64,000 bases of DNA, from assembly GCA_021324255.1 (NCBI GenBank), contig JAJPJL010000119.1, forward strand, positions 3,226 to 67,225. The letters are read 5' to 3'. Of this stretch, positions 48,529 through 60,409 are shown in pieces. The stretch's first letter is position 1; every line of letters begins with the position of its first letter. The notes below the pieces were generated by a model. It did no database searches. It was not told the origin of the DNA and saw nothing but the letters and a program-made list of their open reading frames with translations. The position numbers were made by a program, and so were the translations under genes. This stretch comes from Bacillota bacterium. GTDB lineage: Bacteria; Sysuimicrobiota; Sysuimicrobiia; Sysuimicrobiales; Segetimicrobiaceae.

Positions 48529-49935
48529 ATGCAGGAGGCCACGAAGCAGGGCACGGCGGCGGCCGCCACCGCGCTCACACCGGCCGAGCGCGAGGCGCTG
48601 GAGCATGTGTGGATCCACACGGCGCGATGGCTGGACCTCGCCGAGCGGGACCATCTCCGCGTCATCGTTCGCGGCGACGGGTGCCGGCTGATCGACGCCC
48701 GGGGACGCGTGTACCTGGACGGCCTATCCGGGCTCTACGTGGTGAACGCGGGGCATGGCCGGCGGGAGATCGGCGAGGCGATGGCGCGACAGGCGCAGGA
48801 GATCGCGTACGTGTCCTCCGCGAGCTACACGAGCCTGCCGGCGGTGCAGCTCGGCGACGTGCTCGCCGGCCTGACCCCCGGGGATCTGAACCGGTTCCTG
48901 TTCTGCTCCGGCGGCTCGGAAGCGATCGAGAGCGCCATGAAAATCGCGAAACAGGTGCAGGTCATGCGCGGGTTCCCCAAGCGCTACAAGGTGATCGCCC
49001 GGCGGGGCGGGTACCACGGCGCGACCTTCGGCGCGATGAGCATCACCTCGTCCCGCAACGAGACCTACTTCGGCCCGTTCATGCACGGCGTCAGCTTCGT
49101 GCCGTCCCCGGACCGGTACCGCAACGCGTTCGGCATCGACGGCGAGGCCGGCGACCTCATGTGCGCCGAAGCGGTGGATCAGGAGATCCGCGCGCAGGGG
49201 CCGGAATACGTCGCGGCCGTGATCGGCGAGCCGATCTCGGCGTCGAACAATTCGCACGTGCCCTCGCCGCGGTACTGGCAGCGCCTGCGCGAGATCTGTG
49301 ATCGCCACGGCGTCCTGTTGATCATGGACGAGGTCATCAACGGGTTCGGTCGGACCGGGCGCATGTTCGCCACGGAGCACTTCGGCGTCGTTCCGGACCT
49401 GATGACGATGGCCAAGGGGCTGTCGTCCGGCTACGCGCCGATCGGCGCCGTCGCCGTCCGCGACGCGATCTATGAGGAGTTCAAGCGGCAGGACGTTGGG
49501 CTCGCGCACCTGCTCACGTTCGGCGGCCAGGCCGTCGCCTGCGCGGCCGCGCTCAAGAATCTCGAGATCCTCCGGGCCGAGGATCTGCCCCGCCGGGCCG
49601 CGGAGCAGGGGCGCTACTTGCTCGGCGCCCTCGAGCCGCTGCGCTCGCACCCCACGGTCGGGGACATCCGCGGCACGGGGCTGTTGTGCGCGGTGGAGCT
49701 CGTCAAGGACAAGCAGACCAAGGAGCCGTTCGGCTGGGGTCCGGCGGCCGGGGCGCACCCGTTCAGCCGCCGCGTCGTGGAGGCCATGGCGGAGCGGGGC
49801 CTGCTCACGCGCTGCTTCATGTCCATCCAGTGCGTCCCGCCCCTCGTCGTGACGCGAGACGAGCTGGATCGCATGGTGGCGGTCATCGACGAGAGCCTGA
49901 CCGTCGCGGAGCGCGAATTCGGTTTCGCGGCGTAG
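48529..49935 (+). CDS. Class III aminotransferase (omega-amino acid/beta-alanine/taurine-pyruvate type)
   Basis: YLDGLSGL, GGSEAIE, GYHGAT, DEVINGFGRTG, MAKGLSSGY. Confidence 0.92.
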   Translation: MQEATKQGTAAAATALTPAEREALEHVWIHTARWLDLAERDHLRVIVRGDGCRLIDARGRVYLDGLSGLYVVNAGHGRREIGEAMARQAQEIAYVSSASYTSLPAVQLGDVLAGLTPGDLNRFLFCSGGSEAIESAMKIAKQVQVMRGFPKRYKVIARRGGYHGATFGAMSITSSRNETYFGPFMHGVSFVPSPDRYRNAFGIDGEAGDLMCAEAVDQEIRAQGPEYVAAVIGEPISASNNSHVPSPRYWQRLREICDRHGVLLIMDEVINGFGRTGRMFATEHFGVVPDLMTMAKGLSSGYAPIGAVAVRDAIYEEFKRQDVGLAHLLTFGGQAVACAAALKNLEILRAEDLPRRAAEQGRYLLGALEPLRSHPTVGDIRGTGLLCAVELVKDKQTKEPFGWGPAAGAHPFSRRVVEAMAERGLLTRCFMSIQCVPPLVVTRDELDRMVAVIDESLTVAEREFGFAA

Positions 49936-50013
49936 CGCGCCGCCGGCGGTCCCCGGGATATACGCACACGAACACGGCACGCGCCTGCGGTCCGGGAGGC
50001 GTCCGGGTCGCGC

Positions 50014-51441
<1,428 letters not shown>

Positions 51442-51677
51442 CGCGGTGCCCTCCGAGGGATGGGAATCGTCGCTAAGGAGTTCGTGGCGGCGGGTGTGCG
51501 GCCCTCGCGGGCACGGGTCCGCGCCGCGTCCAGGCCTCGCGCCGACGCTCCCCGGGTTCCATTGCACGGCGGCGGGGAGGGGCGGACCGGCCGCGGATGG
51601 AACACGACACGCGTGCGTGAACCGTCGTCGGAGCGCCCGGTTCCCGGCCGGCCGCACGACAGCCAGGAGGCGACGCC

Positions 51678-52895
51678 GTGACGCCGGCCCGTTCGGGCCC
51701 GCTGGCCGGCGTCCGCGTGATCGATGCGTCCCGCGTGCTCGCCGGGCCGTTCTGCACCATGCTGCTCGGCGACCTCGGCGCGGACGTGATCAAGATCGAG
51801 CGCCCGCGCACCGGCGATGAGACGCGCGGGTGGGGACCGCCGTTCGTCGAAGCCGGCGGCGGCGCGGCGCGCGAATCGACGTACTACTTGTCCATCAACC
51901 GCAACAAGCGCAGCCTGACCCTGGATCTGGGGACGGCGGCGGGCCGCGAGATCCTGCACCGGCTCGTCGCGACCGCGGACGTCTTCGTCGAGAACTTTCG
52001 GCCGGGCACCCAGACCGCGCTGGGCGCCGACTACGAGACGCTGGGGCGGCTGAACCCGCGCCTCGTGTTCTGCTCCATCTCCGGCTTCGGTCCCGTGGGA
52101 CCGGACCGCGAGCGTCCCGGATACGACCTCTTGATGCAGGGATTCACGGGGCTCATGTCCATTACCGGGGAGGCGGACCGGGAGCCGGTGCGCGCCGGCG
52201 TCGCCGTGATCGACCTCGCGACGGGCACGACCGCGACCGCGGCGATCGTCGCGGCGCTGTACGCCCGCGGCGCGTCGGGGCCGGGTCAGCGGGTCGACCT
52301 GTCGCTCATGGCGACCGGCATGTCATGGATGACGTACGCCGCGCAAAGCTACTTCGCCACGGGACGGCAGCCGCGTCCGTCCGGCTCCGGGCATCCCAAC
52401 CTCGTCCCCTACCAGGCGTTCCAAGACAGCGAGCGGCGCTGGTTCCTCGTGGCCGTCGGCAACGATGAGCAGTGGCGCCGGTGTTGTGCGGCGCTCGGCC
52501 TCGATTGGGCGTCCGACGACCGGTTTCACACCAACGCAGGCCGCGTCGCGCACCGCGCCGACCTGGTCGCGATGCTCGCGCGGACGTTCGCCGGCGACCG
52601 CGCGGAGGCGTGGGTGGAGCGCCTCACGGCGGCGGGCGTCCCCGCGGGTGCGGTGCACACGCTGGCCGAGGCCTTCGCGCACCCGCAGGTCGTCGCCGCG
52701 GGCATCGTGGAACGGGTGGACCACCCCGTCCTGGGCCCGTTGCCCGCGCTCCGGTCGGCATTTCGATTCTCCGAGACGCCGCCGGACCGCGCGCAGGCGC
52801 CGCCGATGCTGGGGCAGCATACCGACGAGATCCTCGCCGTGCTCGGGTACGGGCGCGGTGCGATCGCCCGCTTGCGCGCGGACGGCGTGGTGTGA
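51678..52895 (+). CDS. CaiB/BaiF family (class III) CoA-transferase
   Basis: [46 protein letters not shown]. Confidence 0.93.
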   Translation: MTPARSGPLAGVRVIDASRVLAGPFCTMLLGDLGADVIKIERPRTGDETRGWGPPFVEAGGGAARESTYYLSINRNKRSLTLDLGTAAGREILHRLVATADVFVENFRPGTQTALGADYETLGRLNPRLVFCSISGFGPVGPDRERPGYDLLMQGFTGLMSITGEADREPVRAGVAVIDLATGTTATAAIVAALYARGASGPGQRVDLSLMATGMSWMTYAAQSYFATGRQPRPSGSGHPNLVPYQAFQDSERRWFLVAVGNDEQWRRCCAALGLDWASDDRFHTNAGRVAHRADLVAMLARTFAGDRAEAWVERLTAAGVPAGAVHTLAEAFAHPQVVAAGIVERVDHPVLGPLPALRSAFRFSETPPDRAQAPPMLGQHTDEILAVLGYGRGAIARLRADGVV

Positions 52896-53449
52896 CGGCG
52901 GCCGCCGCGACGCCACGGCTCGTCGCCTGCGCGATGCTGGCTGCCGCCGCGCTGGTGCTCATGGCGTCGATTCAGGTGCCGCTGCTGCCGTACGCGCCGT
53001 ACCTGACATACGACCCGAGCGACGCCGTGTGTCTCCTGGCCGGCGTGCTGTATGGGCCCGGCGCCGGCATCGTCGTGGTCTTGCTCAAGGACGCGTTGTT
53101 CCTGCTGCTCCGGGCTCACGGCCCGATCGGACCCGCCGCGGACTTCCTTGCCGCGGCCACGTTCGTCGCGGTCACCGCGTGGGGATACCGGCGCGCGACC
53201 GGCTCGTTCGCCCGCCGGCTGGCCTACGCCGCCGTGCTCGGGGCCGCGGCGCGCGTCCTCATCATGATCCCGGCGAACTTCGTCCTCCTCGGCCTGCAGT
53301 TCGGCATGCCGCCGGCGCGCGTCGCGGGGCTCCTGGTGTCCGCCATCGTCCCGTTCAACGCCGCGAAGGCGCTGGCCAACGCCCTCCTGGCGCTCCTCGT
53401 CACGGAGCCCGTGATCCGCGCGGTGGGTGTCCGCTCCGCTGCGCGATGA
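52892..53449 (+). CDS. ECF transporter S component (RibU-like)
   Basis: YLTYDPSD...LYGPGAG...KD, IVPFNAAK; highly hydrophobic; GTGA overlap with the CoA-transferase. Confidence 0.8.
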   Translation: MTAAAATPRLVACAMLAAAALVLMASIQVPLLPYAPYLTYDPSDAVCLLAGVLYGPGAGIVVVLLKDALFLLLRAHGPIGPAADFLAAATFVAVTAWGYRRATGSFARRLAYAAVLGAAARVLIMIPANFVLLGLQFGMPPARVAGLLVSAIVPFNAAKALANALLALLVTEPVIRAVGVRSAAR

Positions 53450-53481
53450 GCGCCCGTTGTCCGCAGCGCGGGAGCGAGGAC

Positions 53482-53886
53482 CTACACGCCCATGGCGGCG
53501 ATGCGCTCGGGCTCGATGCGAATCGTCACGCGGTTCTCCGGACGGTCGCCCCGGGGGTAGGGGTAGGGTCTCCCGGCGTAGCGCTGCGACAACCGGTCGA
53601 TGTCGCGCGCTCCGTTCTTCGCGTCGAGCGCCACCACTTTCCCCTGAATCTGCACGTATCGATAGGGGTCGTCGCGGTCCACGATGGCGAGCGCTACCTC
53701 GGGGTGCCGCTCGACGTTGCGGAGTTTTGCGCGACCCCTGGACGTGTTGATCACGATATAACCGCCATCGTAGAGGAACCAGACAGGCGTGGCCTGCGGC
53801 CGATTCGACCGCGACCGCGTCGCCAGCACGGCAAAGTTGGGCTTCTCGAGAAACCGCCGCACAGCCTCCGTCATCGGGGCGGGCAC
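53482..53886 (-). CDS. PPOX-class (putative F420-dependent) oxidoreductase
   Basis: FAVLAT...PQATPVWF...K.RNVERHPEVAL...PYRYVQIQG; SD GGAGG. Confidence 0.85.
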   Translation of the reverse strand: MPAPMTEAVRRFLEKPNFAVLATRSRSNRPQATPVWFLYDGGYIVINTSRGRAKLRNVERHPEVALAIVDRDDPYRYVQIQGKVVALDAKNGARDIDRLSQRYAGRPYPYPRGDRPENRVTIRIEPERIAAMGV

Positions 53887-54055
53887 GATGGGTCACCTCC
53901 TCGAAATCCATTGGGGGATTGCGCCGCATGTCGCCGGAGCCGGTGCCATGCGTTCGCCTCGCCGTTCTCCCAGCCGCCGCACGAGTCCTTCCGCGAGAGC
54001 GGCGTCACGGCCTTCACGAAACGTTCATGGGATCGTTACCATACGTGCGCGGAAT

Positions 54056-54089
54056 AACCTTGACACGCACGTAAGGTTCTTCCTACAAT
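54056..54089 (+). promoter_or_regulatory. merR promoter with overlapping MerR-type dyad operator
   Basis: TTGACA(54060)-18 nt-TACAAT; inverted repeat AACCTT-N11-AAGGTT spans the -35. Confidence 0.7.
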
Positions 54090-54194
54090 CAGGCGGGCTT
54101 GTAGGGTAACGGACGTGCCGGGGCCGCCCGGGCGCGTGTGCGCGCGGGTCGCAGGGGCGGCGGGGGTGGTCGAATCCGCGAGCGACGCGTCACG

Positions 54195-54656
54195 ATGGGG
54201 ACCTTCTTCCAGATCGGCGAGGTGTGCCGGCTCAGCGGCCTTACGCCCCGGGCCCTTCATTATTACGATGCGATCGGGCTGCTGGTGCCGACGGAACGCC
54301 TCGCCGGCGGCCACCGGCTCTACACGGCGCAGGACCTGGCCCGGATCGAGCACATCAAGGATCTGAAGCGGCTCCTCGGGTTGTCCCTCCGCGAAATCAA
54401 GCGCATCCTGGACGCGGATCACGCGCGCGTCCGCCATCTCACGGGCGCGAAGCGGGTCGCGGACCCGGCGCGCCGGCATCGCGCCGCCGAGAACGCGCTC
54501 GAGATTACCGAGGCGCAGCTGGCATCAGTGCGTGACAAGATGCACCAGCTCGGACGGCTGCAGCGGCAGCTGGAGCGCCAGGCGCGCGAGCTACGCCGCC
54601 TGTGTCAGGAAAACGGCGTCGGCGGGGACGCGGCGAGGGTAGGGGGCGGCGAGTGA
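54195..54656 (+). CDS. MerR family transcriptional regulator
   Basis: FQIGEVCRLSGLTPRALHYYDAIGLL...GHRLY...LGLSLREIK, followed by a coiled coil. Confidence 0.93.
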   Translation: MGTFFQIGEVCRLSGLTPRALHYYDAIGLLVPTERLAGGHRLYTAQDLARIEHIKDLKRLLGLSLREIKRILDADHARVRHLTGAKRVADPARRHRAAENALEITEAQLASVRDKMHQLGRLQRQLERQARELRRLCQENGVGGDAARVGGGE

Positions 54657-56047
54657 GAGCATCGGCAAAGCCTTGGGGGTGGGTCGCGCTGGTGTGCGCC
54701 GCCCTGGTGGCGGGGTTGCTCGTCGGCCGTGCGACGCCGCCGGCCGGCTCGGGATCGAGCCAGGCCGCGCCGCGCGGAACGGTGAACGGCGGCCGCAACC
54801 GCGTGGCGCCCGCGGTCGGGGTGGGGCACCCGGCGTACCAAAACCTCCCCATCACGCTGAGCCTGACGGCGAGCATCGCGTCGCTCCGTGAGGCCGTGGT
54901 GCTGCCGAAGACGTCAGGCTATCTGCAGACGGTGACGGTCCGGGCCGGCGACACCGTGACCGCCGGCCAGGTGGTGGCCGTGGTCGACCACGACCAGCTG
55001 CTGGCGCAGGTGAACCAGGCGCAGGCCACGCTCGGCGCCGCGCAGGCGGCCGTGCAGACATCGCAGGCCCAGCTCGCATCGGCGCAGGCCCAGGAGACCA
55101 ACGCGGTCGCGGCCCTCCGGAGCGCGCAGGCCAACCTCGTCAACGCCAAGGCCGGCCTCGCAAAGGCGCAGGCCGCGCTCGTCGACGCGAAGGCGACCTA
55201 CAATCGAACCGCGGCGCTCGTCCAACAGGGCGCCGAGGCGCAGCAGAACCTCGACGACGCGAAGTCGGCCCTGGATTCCGACCAGGCGGCCGTCGATCAG
55301 GCGGCGGCGCAGGTGCGCGCGTCGGAGGCGGCGGTCGTCCAGGCCCAGGCGCAGATCGCCGCGCAGCAGCAACAGGTGGCGGCCGCCCAATCGCAGGTTC
55401 ACACCAACCAGGCTCAGGCGGCGAGCCAGGCCGCCGCGCTGCAGAACGCGCAGCTCGGCTTGCAGTACGCGACGATCGTCGCGCCGTTTGGCGGCGTGGT
55501 GGTCAGCCGGAGCCTCGATCCGGGCGCGTACGTGACGCCCGGCACGTCCACGCCGATCGTGACGATCGCGGATCTCGACAACCTCGACGTCGTGGTCAAC
55601 GTGAGCGAGACGCAGCTCGCGATGGTGCACCGGGGGGACAGGGTGCAGGTGACCGTGGACGCGTATCCCGGCCGGACGTTCACCGGCGTCCTGAGCCGCA
55701 TCGCCGGCGGGGTGGACCCGCAGACGCGCACCGTGCAGGTGGAGATCGACCTTGCGAATCCCGGGCACCTGCTGCGGCCCGGGATGTACGCGACCGCCAC
55801 GATCGCCGCCGGCAGCCAGCGCGCGCTCGTGGTCCCGCTGAGCGCCGTAGAGACGGTCGGCACCCAGAGCTATGTGTGGGTCGTGGTGAACGGCAAGACG
55901 ACGGCGCGGCAGGTGAGCGTCGGCCGCGAGACCGGCACGCTGGTGGAAATCACGAAGGGGCTCAGCCCCTCGGACCTCGTGGTGTTCCGCGGGTCCGACT
56001 TGGTCCGCGAGGGACAGCCCGTGAAGTCGTCGCCGGTCGGGCTCTGA
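54653..56047 (+). CDS. RND efflux membrane fusion (adaptor) protein
   Basis: N-terminal TM, lipoyl halves (VRAGDTVTAGQVV; IVAPFGGVV), long Ala/Gln coiled coil, LRPGMYA. Confidence 0.92.
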   Translation: MRASAKPWGWVALVCAALVAGLLVGRATPPAGSGSSQAAPRGTVNGGRNRVAPAVGVGHPAYQNLPITLSLTASIASLREAVVLPKTSGYLQTVTVRAGDTVTAGQVVAVVDHDQLLAQVNQAQATLGAAQAAVQTSQAQLASAQAQETNAVAALRSAQANLVNAKAGLAKAQAALVDAKATYNRTAALVQQGAEAQQNLDDAKSALDSDQAAVDQAAAQVRASEAAVVQAQAQIAAQQQQVAAAQSQVHTNQAQAASQAAALQNAQLGLQYATIVAPFGGVVVSRSLDPGAYVTPGTSTPIVTIADLDNLDVVVNVSETQLAMVHRGDRVQVTVDAYPGRTFTGVLSRIAGGVDPQTRTVQVEIDLANPGHLLRPGMYATATIAAGSQRALVVPLSAVETVGTQSYVWVVVNGKTTARQVSVGRETGTLVEITKGLSPSDLVVFRGSDLVREGQPVKSSPVGL

Positions 56048-56064
56048 GGACCTAGGAGCCGGCC

Positions 56065-59000
56065 GTGTTCCTCACCCGCGCCGCCGTCCGCAACCCGGTC
56101 ATGGTGCTGATGGCGTGCATCGCCGTCGTCGTGCTGAGCCAGATCGGGCTGCAGCGGCTTCCGCGCGACCTGTTCCCGCAGATCACCATTCCGGTCGTCT
56201 CCGTCCAGACCACCTACAACGGCGCGAGCCCCGAGACCATGGAGCGGACGGTGACCTACCCGCTGGAGCAGGCCGTCACGCGGGTCGCGGGCGTCACGCA
56301 AATCCTCTCCACGACGCGGCAGGGATTCAGCAACATCCAAATCTGGTTCGGCTGGGGCTCGAACCTCGACGTGGCCGAGATCGAGGTCATCCAGAACGTC
56401 CAGCGCGCGCTGCGCAACCTGCCCACGGGCGTGTCGCAGCCGTTCGTGCTCAAGTTCGACATCTCCAACATCCCGGTCGTCCAGGTCGTGGTCGGCGGCG
56501 GGGGCTTGGATGCCCGCCAGCTCTACGATCTCGCCTACAACACCATCGAGCCGCAGCTGGAGCGGATCCCGGGCGTCTCGCAGGCGTTCGTGAACGGCGG
56601 CCTGGTGCGGCAGATCAACGTCAACGTCGACCCGAACAAGCTGCAGGCGACCGGGCAGACGCTGCAGGGCGTGATCGCGGCGATCAACACGTACAACCAG
56701 CTGATCCCTGCCGGCAACATCCAGAACCCGCAGATCAACTACCAGCTCAACGTGCCGACCCTGCTGCAGAACGTGCAGCAAATTCAGCACGTGGTCGTCG
56801 CCGCCAACAACGGCGTCCCGGTGCACGTGGGGGACATCGCCCAGGTCCAGGACGCCGCCGCGACCCAGACCCAGATCGTGCGGGTGAACGGCAAGCCGGG
56901 CGTGCTGCTCTTCGTGGCGCGCCAGCCGGGCGCGAACACCATCCAGGTCGTCAACGCGGTGCGCGCCGCGCTCCCGCACCTCACCGGGATTCCGAAGGGC
57001 GTGAACCTCACGCTGTCGTTCGACCAGTCCCAGTACATCCGCGCCGCGATCGCGACCCTCGCGCATGAGGCCGTGATCGGGGCGATCCTGACGTTTCTCG
57101 TGGTGCTGGTCTTTTTGCGGAGCCTCTGGAGCGTCCTGATCGTCAGCGTCGGGATCCCGCTGTCGGTCTCGGCGGCGCTGCTGCTCCTGTACTTCTCGGG
57201 CCAGACGCTCAACATCTTCACGCTCGGCGGGTTGACGCTCGCGATCGGGCGTCTCGTGGACGACGCCATCGTCGTGCGGGAAAACATCACGCGCCATCTT
57301 GCCGTCCCGGGGACGCCCGTGCTGCAGGCGGTGCTGAACGCGACGCAGGAGGTGGGCCTGCCCGTGCTGGCCTCCACGTCGACCACCATCGCCGTCTTCT
57401 TCCCGGTCGTGTTCCTGAGCGGCATCGCGCAGCGCCTGTTTGTGCCGATGGCGCTGACGGTGATTTTTGCGCTCGTGGCCTCCTACGTGGTGTCGATGAC
57501 CATCGACCCGCTCCTGAGCCTGCGGTTACTGCGCTCCACGACCGGCGACGAGGCGACGGGGGAGGGGCTCTTGCCACGGCTGGCCCGCTGGAGCGAGCGC
57601 ATGATGAACGGCATCGACGAGCAGTATCAGCGGACGCTCCGGTGGACGCTCGACCGCCGCGCCCTCGTGCTCGGCGCGATCGCCATGGTCTTCGTCGGGT
57701 CGGTGCTCATGGCGCGTGGCATCGGCACGGAGTTCTTCCCCGCCACGGACGAGAGCCAGTTTTCGATCCAGGTCCAGGCGCCGCAGGGGACCGCCGTCGC
57801 GGCCACCTCGGCGATCGTCGAGCAGATCGCGGGCGTGGTCCGCAAGACGATCCCGGCGAACGTGATCACCGCCCTGTATACGAACACCGGCGTGCCGGCG
57901 AGCGGCGGCGGCTTTGGGTCGAACGCCGGTCAGAACTACGCGACGATCAGCGTGCGCCTCGTCTCGCCCACGCACCGGCCGAAGTCGTCGGACGACTATG
58001 CCAACGATGTCCGGCGCGCGATCACCGGGCGGTTCCCCGGGGTGCTCACGTTCATCCAGACGGGCGGCCTGGAGCACGCGGTGGTGAACTTCGGCTCGCA
58101 GGCGCCCATCGACATTCAGCTGCTCGGGTACGATCCCGCGGCCGGCCAGCAGCTCGCCCAGGAGGTGGCCGCGATGGTGGCCGCCACCCCCGGAGCGACG
58201 GACGTCCAGATCACGCCGCGGGGGCAGACCCCGGCGTTCAACGTCAACGTCGACAAGGAAAAGGCCGCGGAGCTCGGCCTGAACCCGACCACGGTCGCCA
58301 ACGCCATCAACACGGCCATCGCCGGGAACGTCGCGACCGCGAGCCAGTTCATCGACCCCGTCACGGGCAACGAGTACAACCTCGTCGTGCAGCTCCAGCA
58401 GGCGTACCGGTCCGAGCCGGAAGACCTCGGCGCGGTCCCGCTCAACGTGCTCGCGGATCCGGGGGCCGCGAACTCCCCGCCGCAGCCCATGGTGCCGATC
58501 CACCTCAGGGACGTGGCGCGGATCACGTTGGGGAGCTCGCCGCTGCAGATCAACCGCAAGAACGAGCAGCGGGTGATCGACGTCACCGCGAACGTCGTCG
58601 ACCGCCCGCTGGGGGCGGTGTCCCAGGACATCCAGGCGCAGCTCGACCGCCTGCCGTTTCCGGCCGGCTTCAGCTACCACATGGCCGGGCAGACCGAGGC
58701 GCAGTCGGGGGCGTTTGCGAGCCTGGGATTCGCCATGGTCATGGCCTTGATGCTCGTGTACATGATCATGGCATCGCAGTTCCAGTCGCTCGTCGACCCG
58801 TTTGTCATCATGTTCACCGTGCCGCTCGGCTTCATCGGCGTCATCTGGATGCTGCTGCTGACCCACACCACGCTCTCGATCATCTCGTTCATGGGCGTGA
58901 TCATGATGATCGGCATCGTCGTCAGTAACGGCATCCTGCTCGTCGACTACGCGAACAAGCAGCAGGCGGCCGGGCTGTCCGCCCACGACGCGATCATCCG

Positions 59001-59232
59001 CGCCGGCCGGATCCGGCTCCGCCCCATTCTCATGACGGCGATCGCCACGGTGTGCGGCATGGTCCCGATGGCCCTGGGCCTCGGCGAGGGCGCGGAGACC
59101 AACATGCCGCTGGCGCGCGCCGTGATCGGCGGACTCACGGTGTCGACCGCGCTCACCCTGCTGGTGATCCCCTTGATGTACGTCCTGTTCGAGGAGCGTT
59201 TCCCGCGCCGGCGCCGGACCGCCGCGCCGTGA
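56065..59232 (+). CDS. RND efflux permease (AcrB/AcrD/AcrF family)
   Basis: 1055 aa; LVDDAIVVREN, NGILLVD, RLRPILMT. Confidence 0.95.
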   Translation: MFLTRAAVRNPVMVLMACIAVVVLSQIGLQRLPRDLFPQITIPVVSVQTTYNGASPETMERTVTYPLEQAVTRVAGVTQILSTTRQGFSNIQIWFGWGSNLDVAEIEVIQNVQRALRNLPTGVSQPFVLKFDISNIPVVQVVVGGGGLDARQLYDLAYNTIEPQLERIPGVSQAFVNGGLVRQINVNVDPNKLQATGQTLQGVIAAINTYNQLIPAGNIQNPQINYQLNVPTLLQNVQQIQHVVVAANNGVPVHVGDIAQVQDAAATQTQIVRVNGKPGVLLFVARQPGANTIQVVNAVRAALPHLTGIPKGVNLTLSFDQSQYIRAAIATLAHEAVIGAILTFLVVLVFLRSLWSVLIVSVGIPLSVSAALLLLYFSGQTLNIFTLGGLTLAIGRLVDDAIVVRENITRHLAVPGTPVLQAVLNATQEVGLPVLASTSTTIAVFFPVVFLSGIAQRLFVPMALTVIFALVASYVVSMTIDPLLSLRLLRSTTGDEATGEGLLPRLARWSERMMNGIDEQYQRTLRWTLDRRALVLGAIAMVFVGSVLMARGIGTEFFPATDESQFSIQVQAPQGTAVAATSAIVEQIAGVVRKTIPANVITALYTNTGVPASGGGFGSNAGQNYATISVRLVSPTHRPKSSDDYANDVRRAITGRFPGVLTFIQTGGLEHAVVNFGSQAPIDIQLLGYDPAAGQQLAQEVAAMVAATPGATDVQITPRGQTPAFNVNVDKEKAAELGLNPTTVANAINTAIAGNVATASQFIDPVTGNEYNLVVQLQQAYRSEPEDLGAVPLNVLADPGAANSPPQPMVPIHLRDVARITLGSSPLQINRKNEQRVIDVTANVVDRPLGAVSQDIQAQLDRLPFPAGFSYHMAGQTEAQSGAFASLGFAMVMALMLVYMIMASQFQSLVDPFVIMFTVPLGFIGVIWMLLLTHTTLSIISFMGVIMMIGIVVSNGILLVDYANKQQAAGLSAHDAIIRAGRIRLRPILMTAIATVCGMVPMALGLGEGAETNMPLARAVIGGLTVSTALTLLVIPLMYVLFEERFPRRRRTAAP

Positions 59233-60047
59233 CCGCCGCCGTCCCCGCTTCGCCTCCACGCGGCGCGGAGCTCGTGATCGAAGGGCTCAGCGTGGCCATC
59301 ACGCGTCCGTCCGGCAACGTGCCCGTGCTCGAGGACGTGCGGCTCCACGTGCCCTCCGCGCAGACCGCCGCGCTCGTCGGCGCGAGCGGCGCCGGCAAAT
59401 CGATGACCGCATACGCGGTGCTCCGGCTGTTTCCGGTCGACGCCCGCATCACGGCCGGCCGCATCCTCTTGGACGGGCAGGATCTCGTGCCCATGCCGGA
59501 GCGGGAGCTCGCGAAGATCCGCGGCCGGCGCGTGGCCATGATCTTTCAGGAGCCGGGGTCGGCGCTGGATCCGGTCATGTCCATCGGCGACCAAGTCATG
59601 GAGGGCATCGTCGCGCACCTTGGACGCCGCGGGGCGCGGGAGCGCGCGGCCGACGCCCTCGCCCGCGTCGGGCTCGACCGCGACCTGCTGCGACGGTATC
59701 CGCACGAGCTGTCCGGCGGCCAGCGTCAGCGTGTGCTGATCGCCGCCGCGATCGCCCCGGGGCCGTCGCTGCTGATCGCCGACGAACCCACCGCGGCCCT
59801 GGACGTGACGGTGCAGGCGCAGATTCTGGATTTGCTCGGCCGGCTGCAGCGCGACCTGGGGATGTCACTCCTGCTCATCACGCACGACCTCGGCATCGTC
59901 GCGCAGATGGCGGACCTGGTCCACGTGATGCGGGGCGGCCGCATCGTGGAGTCGGCGGACACTCGCCGCCTGTTCGCGGCCCCTCAACATCCGTATACGC
60001 GGTCGCTTGTCGAGGGGGCGCAGCGCCTCGGGTTCTGGCCGGCGTAG
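59229..60047 (+). CDS. DppD/OppD-like ABC ATPase (no cognate permease nearby)
   Basis: GASGAGKS, MIFQEP, YPHELSGGQRQR, ADEPT, ITHD, PQHPYT. Confidence 0.9.
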   Translation: MTAAVPASPPRGAELVIEGLSVAITRPSGNVPVLEDVRLHVPSAQTAALVGASGAGKSMTAYAVLRLFPVDARITAGRILLDGQDLVPMPERELAKIRGRRVAMIFQEPGSALDPVMSIGDQVMEGIVAHLGRRGARERAADALARVGLDRDLLRRYPHELSGGQRQRVLIAAAIAPGPSLLIADEPTAALDVTVQAQILDLLGRLQRDLGMSLLLITHDLGIVAQMADLVHVMRGGRIVESADTRRLFAAPQHPYTRSLVEGAQRLGFWPA

Positions 60048-60072
60048 GAATACGGCGGACGCGCGCCGCGTT
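60047..60072 (+). promoter_or_regulatory. Possible ECF (SigR/SigH-like) promoter
   Basis: GGAAT-N18-GTT upstream of the CDGSH gene. Confidence 0.4.
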
Positions 60073-60139
60073 ACGCCGGTCGGTGTGGGCCGCTCGCGCG
60101 GGGAGGGGCGAGCGAGAACGCGGCGGGGAGGCAATCGCG

Positions 60140-60349
60140 ATGGCGGATGTGCGGATCGTTCCGACGGATAACGGCCCGTATCAGGTCACGGGACCCGTGG
60201 AGCTGGTCGACGCGACGGGCAAGGCGTGGGAAACGAAGGAAACCGTGTGGCTGTGCCGGTGCGGGCACTCGGCCCGCAAGCCGTTCTGTGACGGCAGCCA
60301 CAAGCGGGTCCAGTTCGAAGCGGTCCAGCGGGCGCCGGTGTCCGTCTGA
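60140..60349 (+). CDS. CDGSH iron-sulfur domain protein
   Basis: NGPY...WLCRCGHSARKPFCDGSH; SD GGGGAGG. Confidence 0.93.
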   Translation: MADVRIVPTDNGPYQVTGPVELVDATGKAWETKETVWLCRCGHSARKPFCDGSHKRVQFEAVQRAPVSV

Positions 60350-60409
60350 GCCGCACGAGAGATGGCGCCCCGGCCGGGGAGGCCGGAGGCCGGGTACGGG
60401 CCTCCGGCC

